Numbered from the stretch's first letter, positions 1-11,334 are shown. The stretch is 64,000 nucleotides of DNA from an uncultured Spirochaetota bacterium (GCA_963820525.1 CAWGAA010000001.1:512001-576000); one strand, 5' to 3'. Program-made: numbers and translations. Notes: generated from the sequence alone by a model not told the origin.

Positions 1-997
1 GCCGCATGAGCGCGGGGTCCAGGACGTCGGGCCTGTTGGTGGCTGCAAGGATGATGACCCCGTCCTTGGTGTCGAAGCCGTCCATCTCCACCAGCATCTG
101 GTTCAGGGTCTGCTCACGCTCGTCATGGCCGCCGCCGTAGCCCGCTCCGCGGGTTCTGCCCACGGCGTCCAGCTCGTCGATGAAGAGGATGCAGGGGGCG
201 TGCCGGCGGCCCTGCTCGAAGAGGTCCCGAACGCGGCTTGCGCCGACTCCGACGAACATCTCGACGAAATCCGAGCCCGACATATGGAAGAAGGCCACGT
301 TGGCCTCTCCGGCGATGGCCTTGGCGAGCAGGGTCTTTCCGGTTCCCGGCATTCCCACGAGGAGCACGCCCTTGGGGATCTTCGCGCCGAGGCGGGAGAA
401 CTTCTGCGGATTCTTGAGGAACTCCACCACCTCCTGCAGCTCGTACTTCGCCTCTTCCTGGCCCGCCACGTCCGTGAAGGTGAAGCGCTTTCCCGAGTCG
501 AGATAGCGCTTTGCCCTGCTCTTGCCGAAGGAAAAGGCGCGGTTGCCATTGCCCTGCACCTGCCGGAAGAGGAACCAGATGAAGAAGCCGCCGATGACCC
601 AGGGAAGCAGGTTGATGATCACCTGCAGGGGGGAAATGGTCTTCACGCCGCCGGACACGCCGACGCCCTTGTCCCGCAGGGTCTTCATGAGGTCGGGATC
701 GTTGTACGGGATGGTCGTCTTGAAGTAGCCGGGCTCTCCATTGGCGCTCTTGATCGTGCCCTGTATTTCATACTGGTCTATGATCTTGACCGTGCTGACC
801 CGGCCGCCGTTCACGTAGCTCAGGAAATCTGTGTACGAGATCTCCTGCGAGAGAGCGCGGTCGTTGTACACGAAGAAGAAGACGAAGAAGGAGACGAGAA
901 TGAGCAGCGAGATGAGGGCAATGCGATTGTTGAAATTGAACCGAGGGGCCCGGGGATCCGGACCCTTGTCGTCACGATTGTCAGAGTTGTTGTTCAC
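1..997 (-). CDS. ftsH: ATP-dependent zinc metalloprotease FtsH (5' part; runs off window start)
   Basis: Manual translation from GTG at 997 (overlaps tilS stop): two TM segments, then AAA motifs [63 protein letters not shown]. Confidence 0.95.
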   Translation of the reverse strand, partial: MNNNSDNRDDKGPDPRAPRFNFNNRIALISLLILVSFFVFFFVYNDRALSQEISYTDFLSYVNGGRVSTVKIIDQYEIQGTIKSANGEPGYFKTTIPYNDPDLMKTLRDKGVGVSGGVKTISPLQVIINLLPWVIGGFFIWFLFRQVQGNGNRAFSFGKSRAKRYLDSGKRFTFTDVAGQEEAKYELQEVVEFLKNPQKFSRLGAKIPKGVLLVGMPGTGKTLLAKAIAGEANVAFFHMSGSDFVEMFVGVGASRVRDLFEQGRRHAPCILFIDELDAVGRTRGAGYGGGHDEREQTLNQMLVEMDGFDTKDGVIILAATNRPDVLDPALMR

Positions 998-2427
998 GCG
1001 TTCCTTCCATCATCCCGCGGCTCGCGCACGCGCCGTACTCGAATGCACACGCTGTCATCCCCTTCGCCTCCCTGAGCGCCGTTCCGCACTCGCGTCCCGT
1101 GCCCCAGGGCGCTTCCCAGAACCGCCAAAACCCCGCTCCTGTCGGCAAGGAGGGGAATCTCCTCGCGCGCATCGTCGCTCACCTTCCATTCCTGGAATAG
1201 CTCTTTTATCGATTTTCGGCCATACGTCAAGAGCAGCTCGTCGCCCTTCCTTTTTGACCTGATAACGAGCGGCGGGACGATCGCGCTCGCGCGTATCCGA
1301 ACTTCACCCGCTTCGGCCTCCCCACGAGAACCCCTCGTGAAGTCGACGCGTACAACGCGTGAGATGAGATAGCTCCCGTCGGGTTCGGCAGCTATAAAAT
1401 AGCTCTTTTCGCCTTCTCTGACAATATCTTGTTCCCATGACAGCCACGGCCCCTCCTGGCGAAGCCGAACGCCATGCCCTCGGAGGATCGTTCTGTCCCC
1501 CGCTGGCAGCGGCCCGAGGGCCGGCGCAAGGAAGCGGAACGGAAGCCTGCGCCGGGAGCCCTGCCTTGGCAGCCGGTCGAAGAGCGCCAGAAGCGATTGC
1601 GCCCTGAGCGCGGCAGGTGCCGTGAAGAATTCCTCGCTTTTGATGCGAAACCCGTTCTTCGATTCACTCCAGGGAAGCCGCGCGGCCGCCTCGCGCATGA
1701 GATAACCATTGAAGAGAGAGAGCTTCCTCGAGAGGGAGAGCAGGCCGGAGCGGAACCCGGGATAGGTGTTCTGGAGAGCGGGGATCAGCTCTGCGCGGAT
1801 TCGATTTCGAAGAAAACCCATTTCGCTGTTGGTTGAATCGATCCGGTAGCCCAGCTTCCTCGACTCGAGGTACTCGAGTATCTCCGAGCGCATGACGGAA
1901 AGCAGCGGCCTCACGAAAACCCCTCGCCTGACGGATATTCCCGAAAGCCCGGCGGGGCCCGAGCCCTGGATGATCCTCATAAGGATGGTCTCAACCTCGT
2001 CGTCGCGCGTGTGACCGAGGATGACCGCCTGGGCCCCGAGCTTGGACGCCGCCTCCTGCAAAAGGCCGAGACGGACCTCCCTGGCCGCCTCCTCGAGGCT
2101 TCTCCCCTCTCGACGCGCGCGCCCGGCGCACTCCCCTTCGCCCGCCTTCAACAGCAGGAACTCCGCCCCGAGGGAGCGGGAGAGCTCCCTGACGAACTCG
2201 ATATCCCCGTCTATCTCCCGCCGGTCTCGAATCCCATGGTCAACGATGCACGCGTGAAGAAGGAAATGCAGCTGGCGTGACAGCGAAGAGAGGATGGAGA
2301 GAAGCGCCGTGGAATCGGGCCCCCCCGAGACGCCGACGACAAGCCGCGCCCGATCTTCGATTCCGGCCGCGGCGAGAGCGCCGGCGGCGCGCTGCTCAAG
2401 AGGGAGGTTCTTTCTTGTTGATCTCAT
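994..2427 (-). CDS. tilS: tRNA(Ile)-lysidine synthetase
   Basis: PP-loop SGGPDS, VDHGIR, GHTRDD, RPLL, DSTN..FLRNRIR; tilS-ftsH synteny. Confidence 0.95.
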   Translation of the reverse strand: MRSTRKNLPLEQRAAGALAAAGIEDRARLVVGVSGGPDSTALLSILSSLSRQLHFLLHACIVDHGIRDRREIDGDIEFVRELSRSLGAEFLLLKAGEGECAGRARREGRSLEEAAREVRLGLLQEAASKLGAQAVILGHTRDDEVETILMRIIQGSGPAGLSGISVRRGVFVRPLLSVMRSEILEYLESRKLGYRIDSTNSEMGFLRNRIRAELIPALQNTYPGFRSGLLSLSRKLSLFNGYLMREAAARLPWSESKNGFRIKSEEFFTAPAALRAQSLLALFDRLPRQGSRRRLPFRFLAPALGPLPAGDRTILRGHGVRLRQEGPWLSWEQDIVREGEKSYFIAAEPDGSYLISRVVRVDFTRGSRGEAEAGEVRIRASAIVPPLVIRSKRKGDELLLTYGRKSIKELFQEWKVSDDAREEIPLLADRSGVLAVLGSALGHGTRVRNGAQGGEGDDSVCIRVRRVREPRDDGRNA

Positions 2428-2977
2428 TCATGACCCTGGCAGGCCCTTCGGCGAAGAGCAGGAGAACGGAATCTGCCGCCTTCTCTATCCCCTGCTCGAT
2501 CAATGTCGCCTCCCCTCCTCGGGGCCTCTGAAGCACATAGGCGATCACTTCGCCTTTGTGGGCCGGCCTTCCGATGCCGACCAGGAGGCGCATGAAATCC
2601 TCCGTGCCGATGTTCCTGATTATCGACTCCAGTCCCTTGTGGCCTCCCGCGGAGCCCTTGAGGCGGAAGCGGCAGCTGCCCGGCGAAAGGTCCAGGCTGT
2701 CGCACACCACGAGGATCTCTGAAGGGGAAAGCCCTGTTTCCCTCATGACTTCCCGGAACACCCGTCCCGAGGCGTTCATGAAGGTAAGGGGCTTCACGAG
2801 GTAGATGGAGTCGCCGTCGCGAATCGCTTTGCCGATCCAGTAGGAGTGGAAGAGCTTCTTCTTCCAGGAAACCCCCAGCCGCGAGGCGACCACGTTCGCC
2901 ACGGCGAAGCCCACGTTGTGGCGCGTGCCATCGTAGCGCTGGCCGGGGTTGCCCAGACCGAATACAGCGAGGCCCAG
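2396..2977 (-). CDS. pth: Peptidyl-tRNA hydrolase (probable CTG start at 2977)
   Basis: Frame extends upstream of the tracked ORF to give GLGNPG..Y..TRHNVGF; also KPLTFMNASG and GSAGGHKGLES. Confidence 0.93.
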   Translation of the reverse strand: MGLAVFGLGNPGQRYDGTRHNVGFAVANVVASRLGVSWKKKLFHSYWIGKAIRDGDSIYLVKPLTFMNASGRVFREVMRETGLSPSEILVVCDSLDLSPGSCRFRLKGSAGGHKGLESIIRNIGTEDFMRLLVGIGRPAHKGEVIAYVLQRPRGGEATLIEQGIEKAADSVLLLFAEGPARVMNEINKKEPPS

Positions 2978-3637
2978 CTATTTCTCCTCGGCCTGCTCGG
3001 TTTCTTCCTTCTTTTCCTCTGAAGCAGCCTCCTCGCCCTCCGCGACTGCCTCTCCCTCCACTGCCGCGGCTGGCGCGACCTCTTCCTCCGCCATCCTGTG
3101 AGCCACGAGACAGATGACCTGCTCGGGGTTGTTCAGGACCCGCACGCCCTCCGGAAGGCTCACCTGGCTGACGTGCAGCGAATGCCCGAGGGCGAGCTCC
3201 AGAACGTCCAGGGTGAGCTCCTCGGGGAGGAACTTCGGAAGACATTCCACGTCGAGGAAATGGAGGAGAGTCTCGAGGATCCCGCCTTCCTTGACGCCCG
3301 CCGGATTTCCCGTGAGACGGAGGGGAACCCGGGTGCGCAGCGCGACGCCCCTCTTGAACTCGTAGAAATCGATGTGGAGGATCTCCCCCGTCATGTTGTC
3401 CCTCTGATAGTCCTTGACCAGGACCTCGTGGGACCCCTGGGGCAGCTTCAGCTCGATGATCGTGTTCTCCGTGATCCTCTTGAAGTTGGACCGGAACTCG
3501 CGGGAATCCACCGCTATCTTGAGGGGCTCCACGTGGCCGTACACGATGGCGGGGATCTTTCCCGCGCGCCGCAAACGGCCGGCGGCCGCCTTCTTGGTTT
3601 CCGTCCGCTGCTCGACGTTCAGCTTCTTCGCTTCCAT
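2978..3637 (-). CDS. rplY: 50S ribosomal protein bL25/Ctc (long form)
   Basis: RLRRAGKIPAIVYG, HIDFY, GVKEGG, acidic tail; next to pth. Confidence 0.95.
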   Translation of the reverse strand: MEAKKLNVEQRTETKKAAAGRLRRAGKIPAIVYGHVEPLKIAVDSREFRSNFKRITENTIIELKLPQGSHEVLVKDYQRDNMTGEILHIDFYEFKRGVALRTRVPLRLTGNPAGVKEGGILETLLHFLDVECLPKFLPEELTLDVLELALGHSLHVSQVSLPEGVRVLNNPEQVICLVAHRMAEEEVAPAAAVEGEAVAEGEEAASEEKKEETEQAEEK

Positions 3638-3681
3638 TCAATGACTCCTTAGAGGTAGTTTCCGTTCTCCGGAAGAGCGAG

Positions 3682-3754
3682 CTGGGACGGCAGGATTCGA
3701 ACCTGCGAATGCCGGATCCAAATTCCGGAGGCTTAACCGCTTGCCTACGTCCCA
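3682..3754 (-). tRNA. tRNA-Gln(TTG), CCA not encoded
   Basis: Reverse complement TGGGACG TAGGCAAGCGGTTAAGCC T CCGGA AT-TTG-GA TCCGG CATTC GCAGG TTCGAAT CCTGC CGTCCCA G folds as a cloverleaf with U1-A72. Confidence 0.95.
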
Positions 3755-3840
3755 ATGGTGGCTGCGGGCTCGTGGAGCCCCAGGGCTGCCCTCGGGATGA
3801 ATCGTCCCTCTCCGATGGCGTTGCCATCGCCCCGAAAGCC

Positions 3841-4143
3841 TTAGTCCTGGGGGGGGATGCTCTCCTCCTGCTCGGAAATATGCAGATCCACGCCCGTCTT
3901 GTCAAACTCCTCCAGAATCCGGGTCTGGATTCTCTTTCTGAAATCCGAGTTTATGGGGTGAGCGATGTCTTTGAACTCCCCAGTGCGCGTTTTCCTGCTC
4001 GGCATGGCCACGAACCTCCCGAACTGGCCCAGGATGATCTTGAGGTTGTGAACCACGAAGCAGTTGTCGAAGGTTACAGTGACGTAAGCCTTGAGCTTGT
4101 TGTCAGATTCGACCTTCTTGATGCGAATATCGGTGATGTCCAT
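3841..4143 (-). CDS. spoVG: SpoVG family nucleic-acid-binding protein
   Basis: MDITDIRIKK..KLKAYVTVTFDNCFVVHNLKII..FVAMPSRK..GEFKDIAHPINS; SD GGAGG before ATG 4143. Confidence 0.95.
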   Translation of the reverse strand: MDITDIRIKKVESDNKLKAYVTVTFDNCFVVHNLKIILGQFGRFVAMPSRKTRTGEFKDIAHPINSDFRKRIQTRILEEFDKTGVDLHISEQEESIPPQD

Positions 4144-4180
4144 GGGCAGCCTCCTGCCGTCGACTCCGCATCCGCGTATA

Positions 4181-5059
4181 CTATCCCAGGGGAGGCAACA
4201 TTGCAAGGGGGCGAAGGATTCGGACGCCGGCGGGAATCGCCATGCGGCGCGCGCACGCCTCCGCCGACCGTTCGTCGGGCGCCAGGGCGATCACTGTCGA
4301 GCCGCTTCCCGTCAGCCGGGGATTCAGGCCGCCTGCGGATCGAAGCTCATCCCGCGCCCGCCTGCTCCCCTCGCTCTTCGGAAAGACTGCCGGATCGAAG
4401 TCATTGAAGAAATCCCAATTCTCCACCGGCCGACGGTACATTTCGGCAAGCCTGTCTGCCGGCAGATGCCGGGTGCGCCGGGTCCGTCCGCCCCTCTGCT
4501 CGTCCAGCCACCGATACGCCTCCGCGGTGCTCACCCCAGATGGGGGTGTCACGGCGATGATGGCGAAGTCGTCCCTGGGCGCCAGATCCTGCACTCTTTC
4601 GCCACGCCCCTCCACGACGGCAGCGACGGAAGAAAGAAAGAAGGGAACATCGCTTCCCAGCGCTCCGCCGAGGGCCGAGAGTCTCTCAGGCGGGAGAGAG
4701 AGCCCGAACACCGCCTCCAGGCCGCGCAGTGCGGCCGCGGCGTCGCTTGAGCCTCCTCCCAGTCCCCCTCCCATGGGGATCCTCTTTTCCACCTCTACTT
4801 TAAGGCCCTCCCGCGCCCCGGTTTCCGCCCGGAAGAGCTCGATAGCCCTGCAAATCGTGTTCAGCTCTGCTGGAAAGCCGAACTCTCCCTCTATCAGGAG
4901 GGAACCCTGCGGGCCGGCCGGCCGTATGCGAAGCTCATCGAACAGGGAGACAGCCTGGAAGATCGAGCGGATCTCGTGATACCCGTCGTCACGGATGCCC
5001 AGCACCTCGAGATGCAGATTCACCTTCGCCGGGGCCAGGACGGTCACAATGTGAGCCAT
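4181..5059 (-). CDS. ispE: 4-diphosphocytidyl-2-C-methyl-D-erythritol kinase
   Basis: APAKVNLHL, KRIPMGGGLGGGSSDAAA, LGSDVPFF, GRGE, LTGSGST. Confidence 0.93.
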   Translation of the reverse strand: MAHIVTVLAPAKVNLHLEVLGIRDDGYHEIRSIFQAVSLFDELRIRPAGPQGSLLIEGEFGFPAELNTICRAIELFRAETGAREGLKVEVEKRIPMGGGLGGGSSDAAAALRGLEAVFGLSLPPERLSALGGALGSDVPFFLSSVAAVVEGRGERVQDLAPRDDFAIIAVTPPSGVSTAEAYRWLDEQRGGRTRRTRHLPADRLAEMYRRPVENWDFFNDFDPAVFPKSEGSRRARDELRSAGGLNPRLTGSGSTVIALAPDERSAEACARRMAIPAGVRILRPLAMLPPLG

Positions 5060-5189
5060 CTTCGGGCCAGGGTAGCGAAAGGGCATGGGTGCGTCCAGGG
5101 GATCTGCCGGCCGAGCGGCGCCAGGATGGGACATGCCCAGGCATTAGGCCTGCGCCGCGCGCGCCGAAAGGCACGCCGGGGCGGAAGAT

Positions 5190-5218
5190 TTGACAGGCCG
5201 TTCGCGCACCCCTATACT
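5190..5218 (+). promoter_or_regulatory. sigma70-type promoter for cheX
   Basis: TTGACA-17 nt-TATACT. Confidence 0.75.
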
Positions 5219-5227
5219 GAAACAAGC

Positions 5228-5707
5228 GTGGCAAGTGAAGTATTCGAAGTCTTTCTCCAGGCCCTCACGCAGATCTTTTCGGAAACCGGGATCGAAATCG
5301 ATGCCGTCGAGGATGGGACGCGCGGCGGGGCCGTGGACCAGGTGGCGGCCAGCGTGGGCATCGCTGGGGGCGTGAAGGGCTGCTTCATGCTCTGCGCCGA
5401 CTACTCCAGCGCCAGGAACATCGTGCACGGCATGACGGCAGGCATCCAGCTCAGCTTTCCGCCCACGGGGCTGGGCGAGATCCAGAGAACGGCCCTGGGG
5501 GAGATGACCAATCAGATCTCGGGCCGGGCCGTCACGCTCCTTTCCCACGGCGGAGTGGAATGCGAGATTTCCCCCCCCATCATCATCACGGCGGAGAGGC
5601 TCAAGAGCCACCTCCCCGGCATGCTGGAATCCTTCTCCCGCACCGTCAGGGGGCCCTTCGGGAGCCTGAGGCTGCTCCTTGCCGTCAGTCCGCCGTCCCA
5701 TCCGTGA
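5228..5707 (+). CDS. cheX: CheX-family chemotaxis phosphatase
   Basis: ASVGIAGGVKG, ALGEMTNQISG (ExxN motif), ISPPII; GTG start just after the promoter. Confidence 0.8.
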   Translation: MASEVFEVFLQALTQIFSETGIEIDAVEDGTRGGAVDQVAASVGIAGGVKGCFMLCADYSSARNIVHGMTAGIQLSFPPTGLGEIQRTALGEMTNQISGRAVTLLSHGGVECEISPPIIITAERLKSHLPGMLESFSRTVRGPFGSLRLLLAVSPPSHP

Positions 5708-5722
5708 AAAACAAAAAACTAG

Positions 5723-5752
5723 TTGACAATCGGAGAATTCTGGTCGTAGATT
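5723..5752 (+). promoter_or_regulatory. sigma70-type promoter for the acidic protein
   Basis: TTGACA-18 nt-TAGATT preceded by an A-rich UP-like tract. Confidence 0.55.
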
Positions 5753-5792
5753 GAGCCGTGATCTAACTTCGCGATACCAATGGGGTGGGACC

Positions 5793-6149
5793 ATGTTGGG
5801 AAATCTTGAAGGCAATACCTTTGACAAAGAAAACGGAACCTTCTACCTCTTCGGCAAGGAGAAGGGCAAGAACGACTCCGACGAGGAAGAGGACGTCGAA
5901 GGCGACGAGGAAGAGGACCTGGACGAAGATTTCGACGACTATGACGACGACCTCGAGGACGAGGAGTACGAGGAAGAGGAAGAGGAAGAGGACGAGGACT
6001 ACGACGAGGACCTCGACGACGAGGAAGAGTTCGACGACGAGGAAGAGGAAGACTTAGAGGAAGACGAGGACCTCGACGAGGAAGACTATCTCGACGAAGA
6101 CGAGTACGATGTAGACGAAGACCTGGACTACGAGGATTTCGACGAGTAG
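5793..6149 (+). CDS. Hypothetical, extremely Asp/Glu-rich small protein
   Basis: 118-aa ORF with its own promoter; about 27-aa N-terminal segment, then about 90 residues mostly D/E coded by mixed GAC/GAG/GAA codons. Confidence 0.7.
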   Translation: MLGNLEGNTFDKENGTFYLFGKEKGKNDSDEEEDVEGDEEEDLDEDFDDYDDDLEDEEYEEEEEEEDEDYDEDLDDEEEFDDEEEEDLEEDEDLDEEDYLDEDEYDVDEDLDYEDFDE

Positions 6150-6484
6150 GCGACTCGCTCGGCCTTGAACCAAAGCCTCTCCAGCTCATAGAAATCGCGG
6201 CATTCTTTTTCCATGAGATGAATCACGAAGTCTCCGCAATCGACGAGGAGCCACCCTTTGTCCGTGACGTGCTTGTGCCTGTTCAGGGGGTGGATGTCGG
6301 CGTCCGAGAAGAACCGCGAAAGCTCCTTCAGGAGCCCCGAGAGATGCGCGGAGCTTCTCGCCGTGGTTATCACGAAATAGTCGGTGAGCGTGGATACCTC
6401 GGTGAGGTCCAGGAGCACGGTATCCTCGCCCCTGTGCTCTTCCAGGAAACGCGCTGTCGCAACGGCCTTCTCCCTACTTGACAT
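6128..6484 (-). CDS. rsfS: Ribosome silencing factor
   Basis: LDL..TDYFVITT..HL, WLLVDCGDFVIHLM..RDFYELERLW. Confidence 0.93.
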   Translation of the reverse strand: MSSREKAVATARFLEEHRGEDTVLLDLTEVSTLTDYFVITTARSSAHLSGLLKELSRFFSDADIHPLNRHKHVTDKGWLLVDCGDFVIHLMEKECRDFYELERLWFKAERVAYSSKSS

Positions 6485-7658
6485 ACCGTCCATCGAAATC
6501 CTTTCCCAGGATGACCGTCACGTCCACGGCCTGGTCCATCTGTGGATCCGGCCGTGAAAAGACCCGTGCGCAGCGAATGATGTCCGCGACCTTCTTCGCG
6601 TCGTCCAGCTTCCCCTTCCTCTCCAGCACCACCGTGTTCTCGTAGGCGTCGTTGTCGGCATTGCCGGGAGTGAGCACCTCCAGGTCGTAGCTCTGGAACA
6701 GTTCCCGGGCCCGGCTGGCCAGGCCGGGGGTCTTGGTTCCATTGAGCACCTCCACCGTGATCGTCAGCTCCTCTGCGGGGATATACTCGCTGGACGCGTT
6801 GGCTTCGAGGGTCTGCTTGACGGCCGCGCGAAGGAGATCGCCGTCCTGGTGCGGAAAGAGAAGCTCCCGCCCGTCCACCGTCCGGCTGTTTCCCAGGGCC
6901 CGCTGCAACACCATCCGCTCGGGGTCGAATCTGCCCATCTCCGTGACAAAGGAGCTCAGGGCCCGGGGGGCCAGGGTCGTTCGCACAAGGGAGCGCAGCA
7001 CGCGAAAGGTCTGCCGGCTCTGGAGATAGCTCGCGTTCTCCCCCAGCCCCTTGAGCAGCGCCTGGAGGAACTTTTGTTTCCTCCCCACCTTGTCCGCTTC
7101 GGACTCCAGGGTGTCCTCGTACGAGATGAAGTCGCGCACCTTGTCCCCGTCCAGAGTGACGCTGCCCGAAGGCAGGAGGATCCTCTTGCCCTGCCACGTC
7201 GTGTCCACGGGGTTGGGGATGAAGAGTGCAAGCCCGCCGACGAGATCCACCAGCTTGACAAGATCGTCCTTTGAGATGTCGATCACGCACTGGAGGCTCA
7301 CGCCGAGAAGCTCCTCCACCCTCCTCTTCAAGGGGCCCGGGTTGGCCCGCTTGTACAGCGCGTCGATCCCATCCACTCTCTTGAGAGATTCGATCACTCC
7401 CCCAAGGTTCGTCGGCACATGGAAGAGGGCGCCTTTGCGGGTATCGGGATTGTAGAGAAAAACCTCCAGGAAGACCGGCTTCACGTCGTCGGAGACGATG
7501 AAGAGGATGTTCACGGGCTGCTTTTTTTTCAGCAAGTCCGAGATCTGGTCCACCCGCAGCTGCAAGAATGCGTAGACGGCCGTGGCCGCCACCACCAGGG
7601 AAATGAGGGCCAGGAGGATGACGCTCCTCTCGGCCTTGCGGTTTCTCCTATCCAGCAT
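6474..7658 (-). CDS. LCP family protein with C-terminal LytR_C domain
   Basis: N-terminal TM, LVDLVGG, G..TLDGD, C-terminal VEVLNGT..PGLA..GNAD..DVTVILGKDF; yqeK-LCP-rsfS synteny. Confidence 0.8.
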   Translation of the reverse strand: MLDRRNRKAERSVILLALISLVVAATAVYAFLQLRVDQISDLLKKKQPVNILFIVSDDVKPVFLEVFLYNPDTRKGALFHVPTNLGGVIESLKRVDGIDALYKRANPGPLKRRVEELLGVSLQCVIDISKDDLVKLVDLVGGLALFIPNPVDTTWQGKRILLPSGSVTLDGDKVRDFISYEDTLESEADKVGRKQKFLQALLKGLGENASYLQSRQTFRVLRSLVRTTLAPRALSSFVTEMGRFDPERMVLQRALGNSRTVDGRELLFPHQDGDLLRAAVKQTLEANASSEYIPAEELTITVEVLNGTKTPGLASRARELFQSYDLEVLTPGNADNDAYENTVVLERKGKLDDAKKVADIIRCARVFSRPDPQMDQAVDVTVILGKDFDGRYVK

Positions 7659-8218
7659 CTTTGCTCAATTCCTCCAGCAGCGCGTGCGAGGCCTCCGTTA
7701 CTTCCAGGGACTGGGCGCGCACATACTGAATCTTTCTCTCGAGAACTGCAAGCACCATGGCGTCGAGGCCGAGCGACAGAGTCCGGTCGCGAAATGCCGG
7801 GGGAAGGAAATCGCGCGAAGGCTCCAGGAAGTCCGAGACGAACAGGATCCGTGAGACCCCTCCCATCGACGGCCTTCCCGTCACGTGATCGCAAATGGCG
7901 TCGAGGACCTCGGGATCCGCGTACCCCGCGCGCTTTTTCAATAGCACGGCGGCCGCGCGGCCGTGGAGAAGGATCGGCGCGGCTTCCTCCGCGGTGGACA
8001 CCGGCAGGCCGTCGCCGGAGGCGAGCCTCAGGAGCTCCTCCGAGGGCAGCTCTCGCGCCATATCGTGAGCGAGGCCGGCGATGCGGCCCTTGCCGCTGTC
8101 TACGGAGAAACGCCGGCACAGTTCCGCGGCGAGGAGCGCCGTGGCGCGACAGTGCGCGTAGCGCGCCGGGCTGACGAGTGAGCGCACAAGGGAATCAATG
8201 CGCTGGATCAAGGAGTCT

Positions 8219-8226
<8 letters not shown>
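7648..8226 (-). CDS. yqeK: HD-domain Ap4A hydrolase YqeK
   Basis: RYAH, AGLAHDMARE, LLHG, AICDHVTG, LFVSDFLEPSR; follows nadD. Confidence 0.88.
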
Positions 8227-9780
<1,554 letters not shown>

Positions 9781-10035
9781 TCAAGCACTGGCGGACTGCA
9801 CCGCCACGAAGCTCCTTCCCCTGTGGGTGTGAAAAACGACCTGGCCGTCCGCAAGGGCGAAAAGGGTATCGTCCCTGCCGCGCCCGACGTTCTCTCCGGG
9901 GTGGAACTTGGTCCCACGCTGGCGGACAATGATCGTCCCGGCGCTCACGGTCTGGCCGCCAAACCTCTTGATTCCCAGCCGCTTGGCGTTTGAGTCACGG
10001 CCGTTCTTCGCCGCTCCGCCTTTTTTCCGTCCCAT
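9781..10035 (-). CDS. rpmA: 50S ribosomal protein bL27
   Basis: [41 protein letters not shown] upstream of ATG 10035. Confidence 0.97.
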   Translation of the reverse strand: MGRKKGGAAKNGRDSNAKRLGIKRFGGQTVSAGTIIVRQRGTKFHPGENVGRGRDDTLFALADGQVVFHTHRGRSFVAVQSASA

Positions 10036-10099
10036 CTCGAAACCTCCCCTCTCACCGCCGTCAGGGCGACTCCTGGCGTGCATGCGGCAAAGGCGCGAA

Positions 10100-10426
10100 T
10101 CACGTGATCCGAACGGCGATCTCCCGCGGAAACTCCGCTTCCAGATCGCGCAAGCCCTGCAGGAGAAAATCGGTGACTCCCCGAAGCCATTCGGGGCTCG
10201 CTTTCCCCCGCGAGGATATTTTCAACCTCATCTCACCGGGGGCATCGGCCCCCCCCTCGACCTCGAGGCCATCCACGGTGCTCAACAGGCGGGCGGCTGT
10301 TCTCAGGAGCTCGGTTGCCGCGGCGCACGGGATGTTTGCCCCCATCGGGGCGCCAAGAGCGTGGCCGAATGCCCGAAAGGAGGCGAGGCACCGATCCGCC
10401 GACAGCTCCATGACAACCGTGATCAC
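10100..10426 (-). CDS. prp: Ribosomal-processing cysteine protease Prp (YsxB/DUF464 family)
   Basis: Between rplU and rpmA; GHA..NIPCAA His/Cys dyad, GL.DL..EFP. Confidence 0.85.
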   Translation of the reverse strand: MITVVMELSADRCLASFRAFGHALGAPMGANIPCAAATELLRTAARLLSTVDGLEVEGGADAPGEMRLKISSRGKASPEWLRGVTDFLLQGLRDLEAEFPREIAVRIT

Positions 10427-10435
10427 GGCACGTGA

Positions 10436-10753
10436 TCAGCCGAGGCCCTGGATACCTTCCACCTTGATCAGGGAATACTGCTCACGGTGGCCCGCATGAC
10501 GCCGGTAGTTCTTCTTCTTCTTGAACTTGCCGATCGCCACCTTCCTGCCTTTACCGTGGTCCTCGATCACCGCCTTGACGGTGACTCCCGCGAGATAGGG
10601 ATTTCCGATCCGCGTCTTTTCTCCATCCGAGATCATGAGGACGGAGGGAAACTCGACGGGGCTGCCCTTGTCCTTCTGGACATGATCCACCTTGAGGACG
10701 CTTCCCTGCTCGACTTTGTACTGCTTGCCGAGAATCTCAACGAGGGCGTACAT
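10436..10753 (-). CDS. rplU: 50S ribosomal protein bL21
   Basis: MYALVEILGKQYKV..IGNPYL..KFKKKKNYRRHAGHR. Confidence 0.97.
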   Translation of the reverse strand: MYALVEILGKQYKVEQGSVLKVDHVQKDKGSPVEFPSVLMISDGEKTRIGNPYLAGVTVKAVIEDHGKGRKVAIGKFKKKKNYRRHAGHREQYSLIKVEGIQGLG

Positions 10754-10852
10754 ACGTGATTACCTCATCATCAGGAATCTATCGATCGGCGCGCCGGCCG
10801 CAGGGATGCCTCCCCAGACAAAAAGGGCGGCGCATCGCCGTCATCACGCGCT

Positions 10853-10882
10853 ACTCTACGTATTTTCGCCCAAGAAAGTCAA
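10853..10882 (-). promoter_or_regulatory. sigma70-type promoter for the rplU operon
   Basis: TTGACT-18 nt-TAGAGT on the minus strand. Confidence 0.5.
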
Positions 10883-11334
10883 GTGGTGGTATCGTCGGGG
10901 GGAGAGAGGAGGATCTTGTACTCGTCTTCCGAGATGATGTGCTCCTGCTCCATTCCCTTGGACTGCGACAGCGAGGATCTGATGTCCCCGATGTCACGGT
11001 CATGGACATCCCTCATCTGCCGAAGGTTTTCGAGGGAGCCGGAAAGGTACTCCGCGAAGGCCACCCGCTTGTCCAGGATGGCGTCCAAAAGCTCGACGAA
11101 GGCGCGCTTCAGCCTCTGCATCCCCTTGAGGTACTCGTGCCTCTTCACGAAGAAAGGGCCGCCGGCCAGCGATTCATAGATGCGCCGGATCGCCCCGTCG
11201 ATGAAGCGGATGTCCCCCTCGATCCTGTCGCGGAAGAACTCCGGGTCGATCTCGAGCTTCACGATATCGGAGAGCCCCCGGATGAGCAGCGAGAGGCTGA
11301 AGATATCGTCCTCGTAATTGATCTTCTTGGTCAT
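10879..11334 (-). CDS. Hypothetical helical protein
   Basis: 151-aa ORF with normal composition filling the space between two divergent r-protein operons. Confidence 0.75.
   Translation of the reverse strand: MTKKINYEDDIFSLSLLIRGLSDIVKLEIDPEFFRDRIEGDIRFIDGAIRRIYESLAGGPFFVKRHEYLKGMQRLKRAFVELLDAILDKRVAFAEYLSGSLENLRQMRDVHDRDIGDIRSSLSQSKGMEQEHIISEDEYKILLSPPDDTTT

Noticed and set aside
2424..3905. 493-aa minus-strand ORF
   Set aside because: Alternative frame spanning pth, rplY and tRNA-Gln; Arg/Gly/Pro-rich composition typical of non-coding GC-rich frames
5075..5145. Imperfect hairpin (GGGCATG...CATGCCC) upstream of ispE
   Set aside because: No SRP, 6S or riboswitch signature recognised; GC-rich pairing could be chance
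5870..6149. GAC/GAG/GAA-rich repetitive DNA as a possible tandem repeat or CRISPR array
   Set aside because: No constant repeat-spacer unit; explained by Asp/Glu codons
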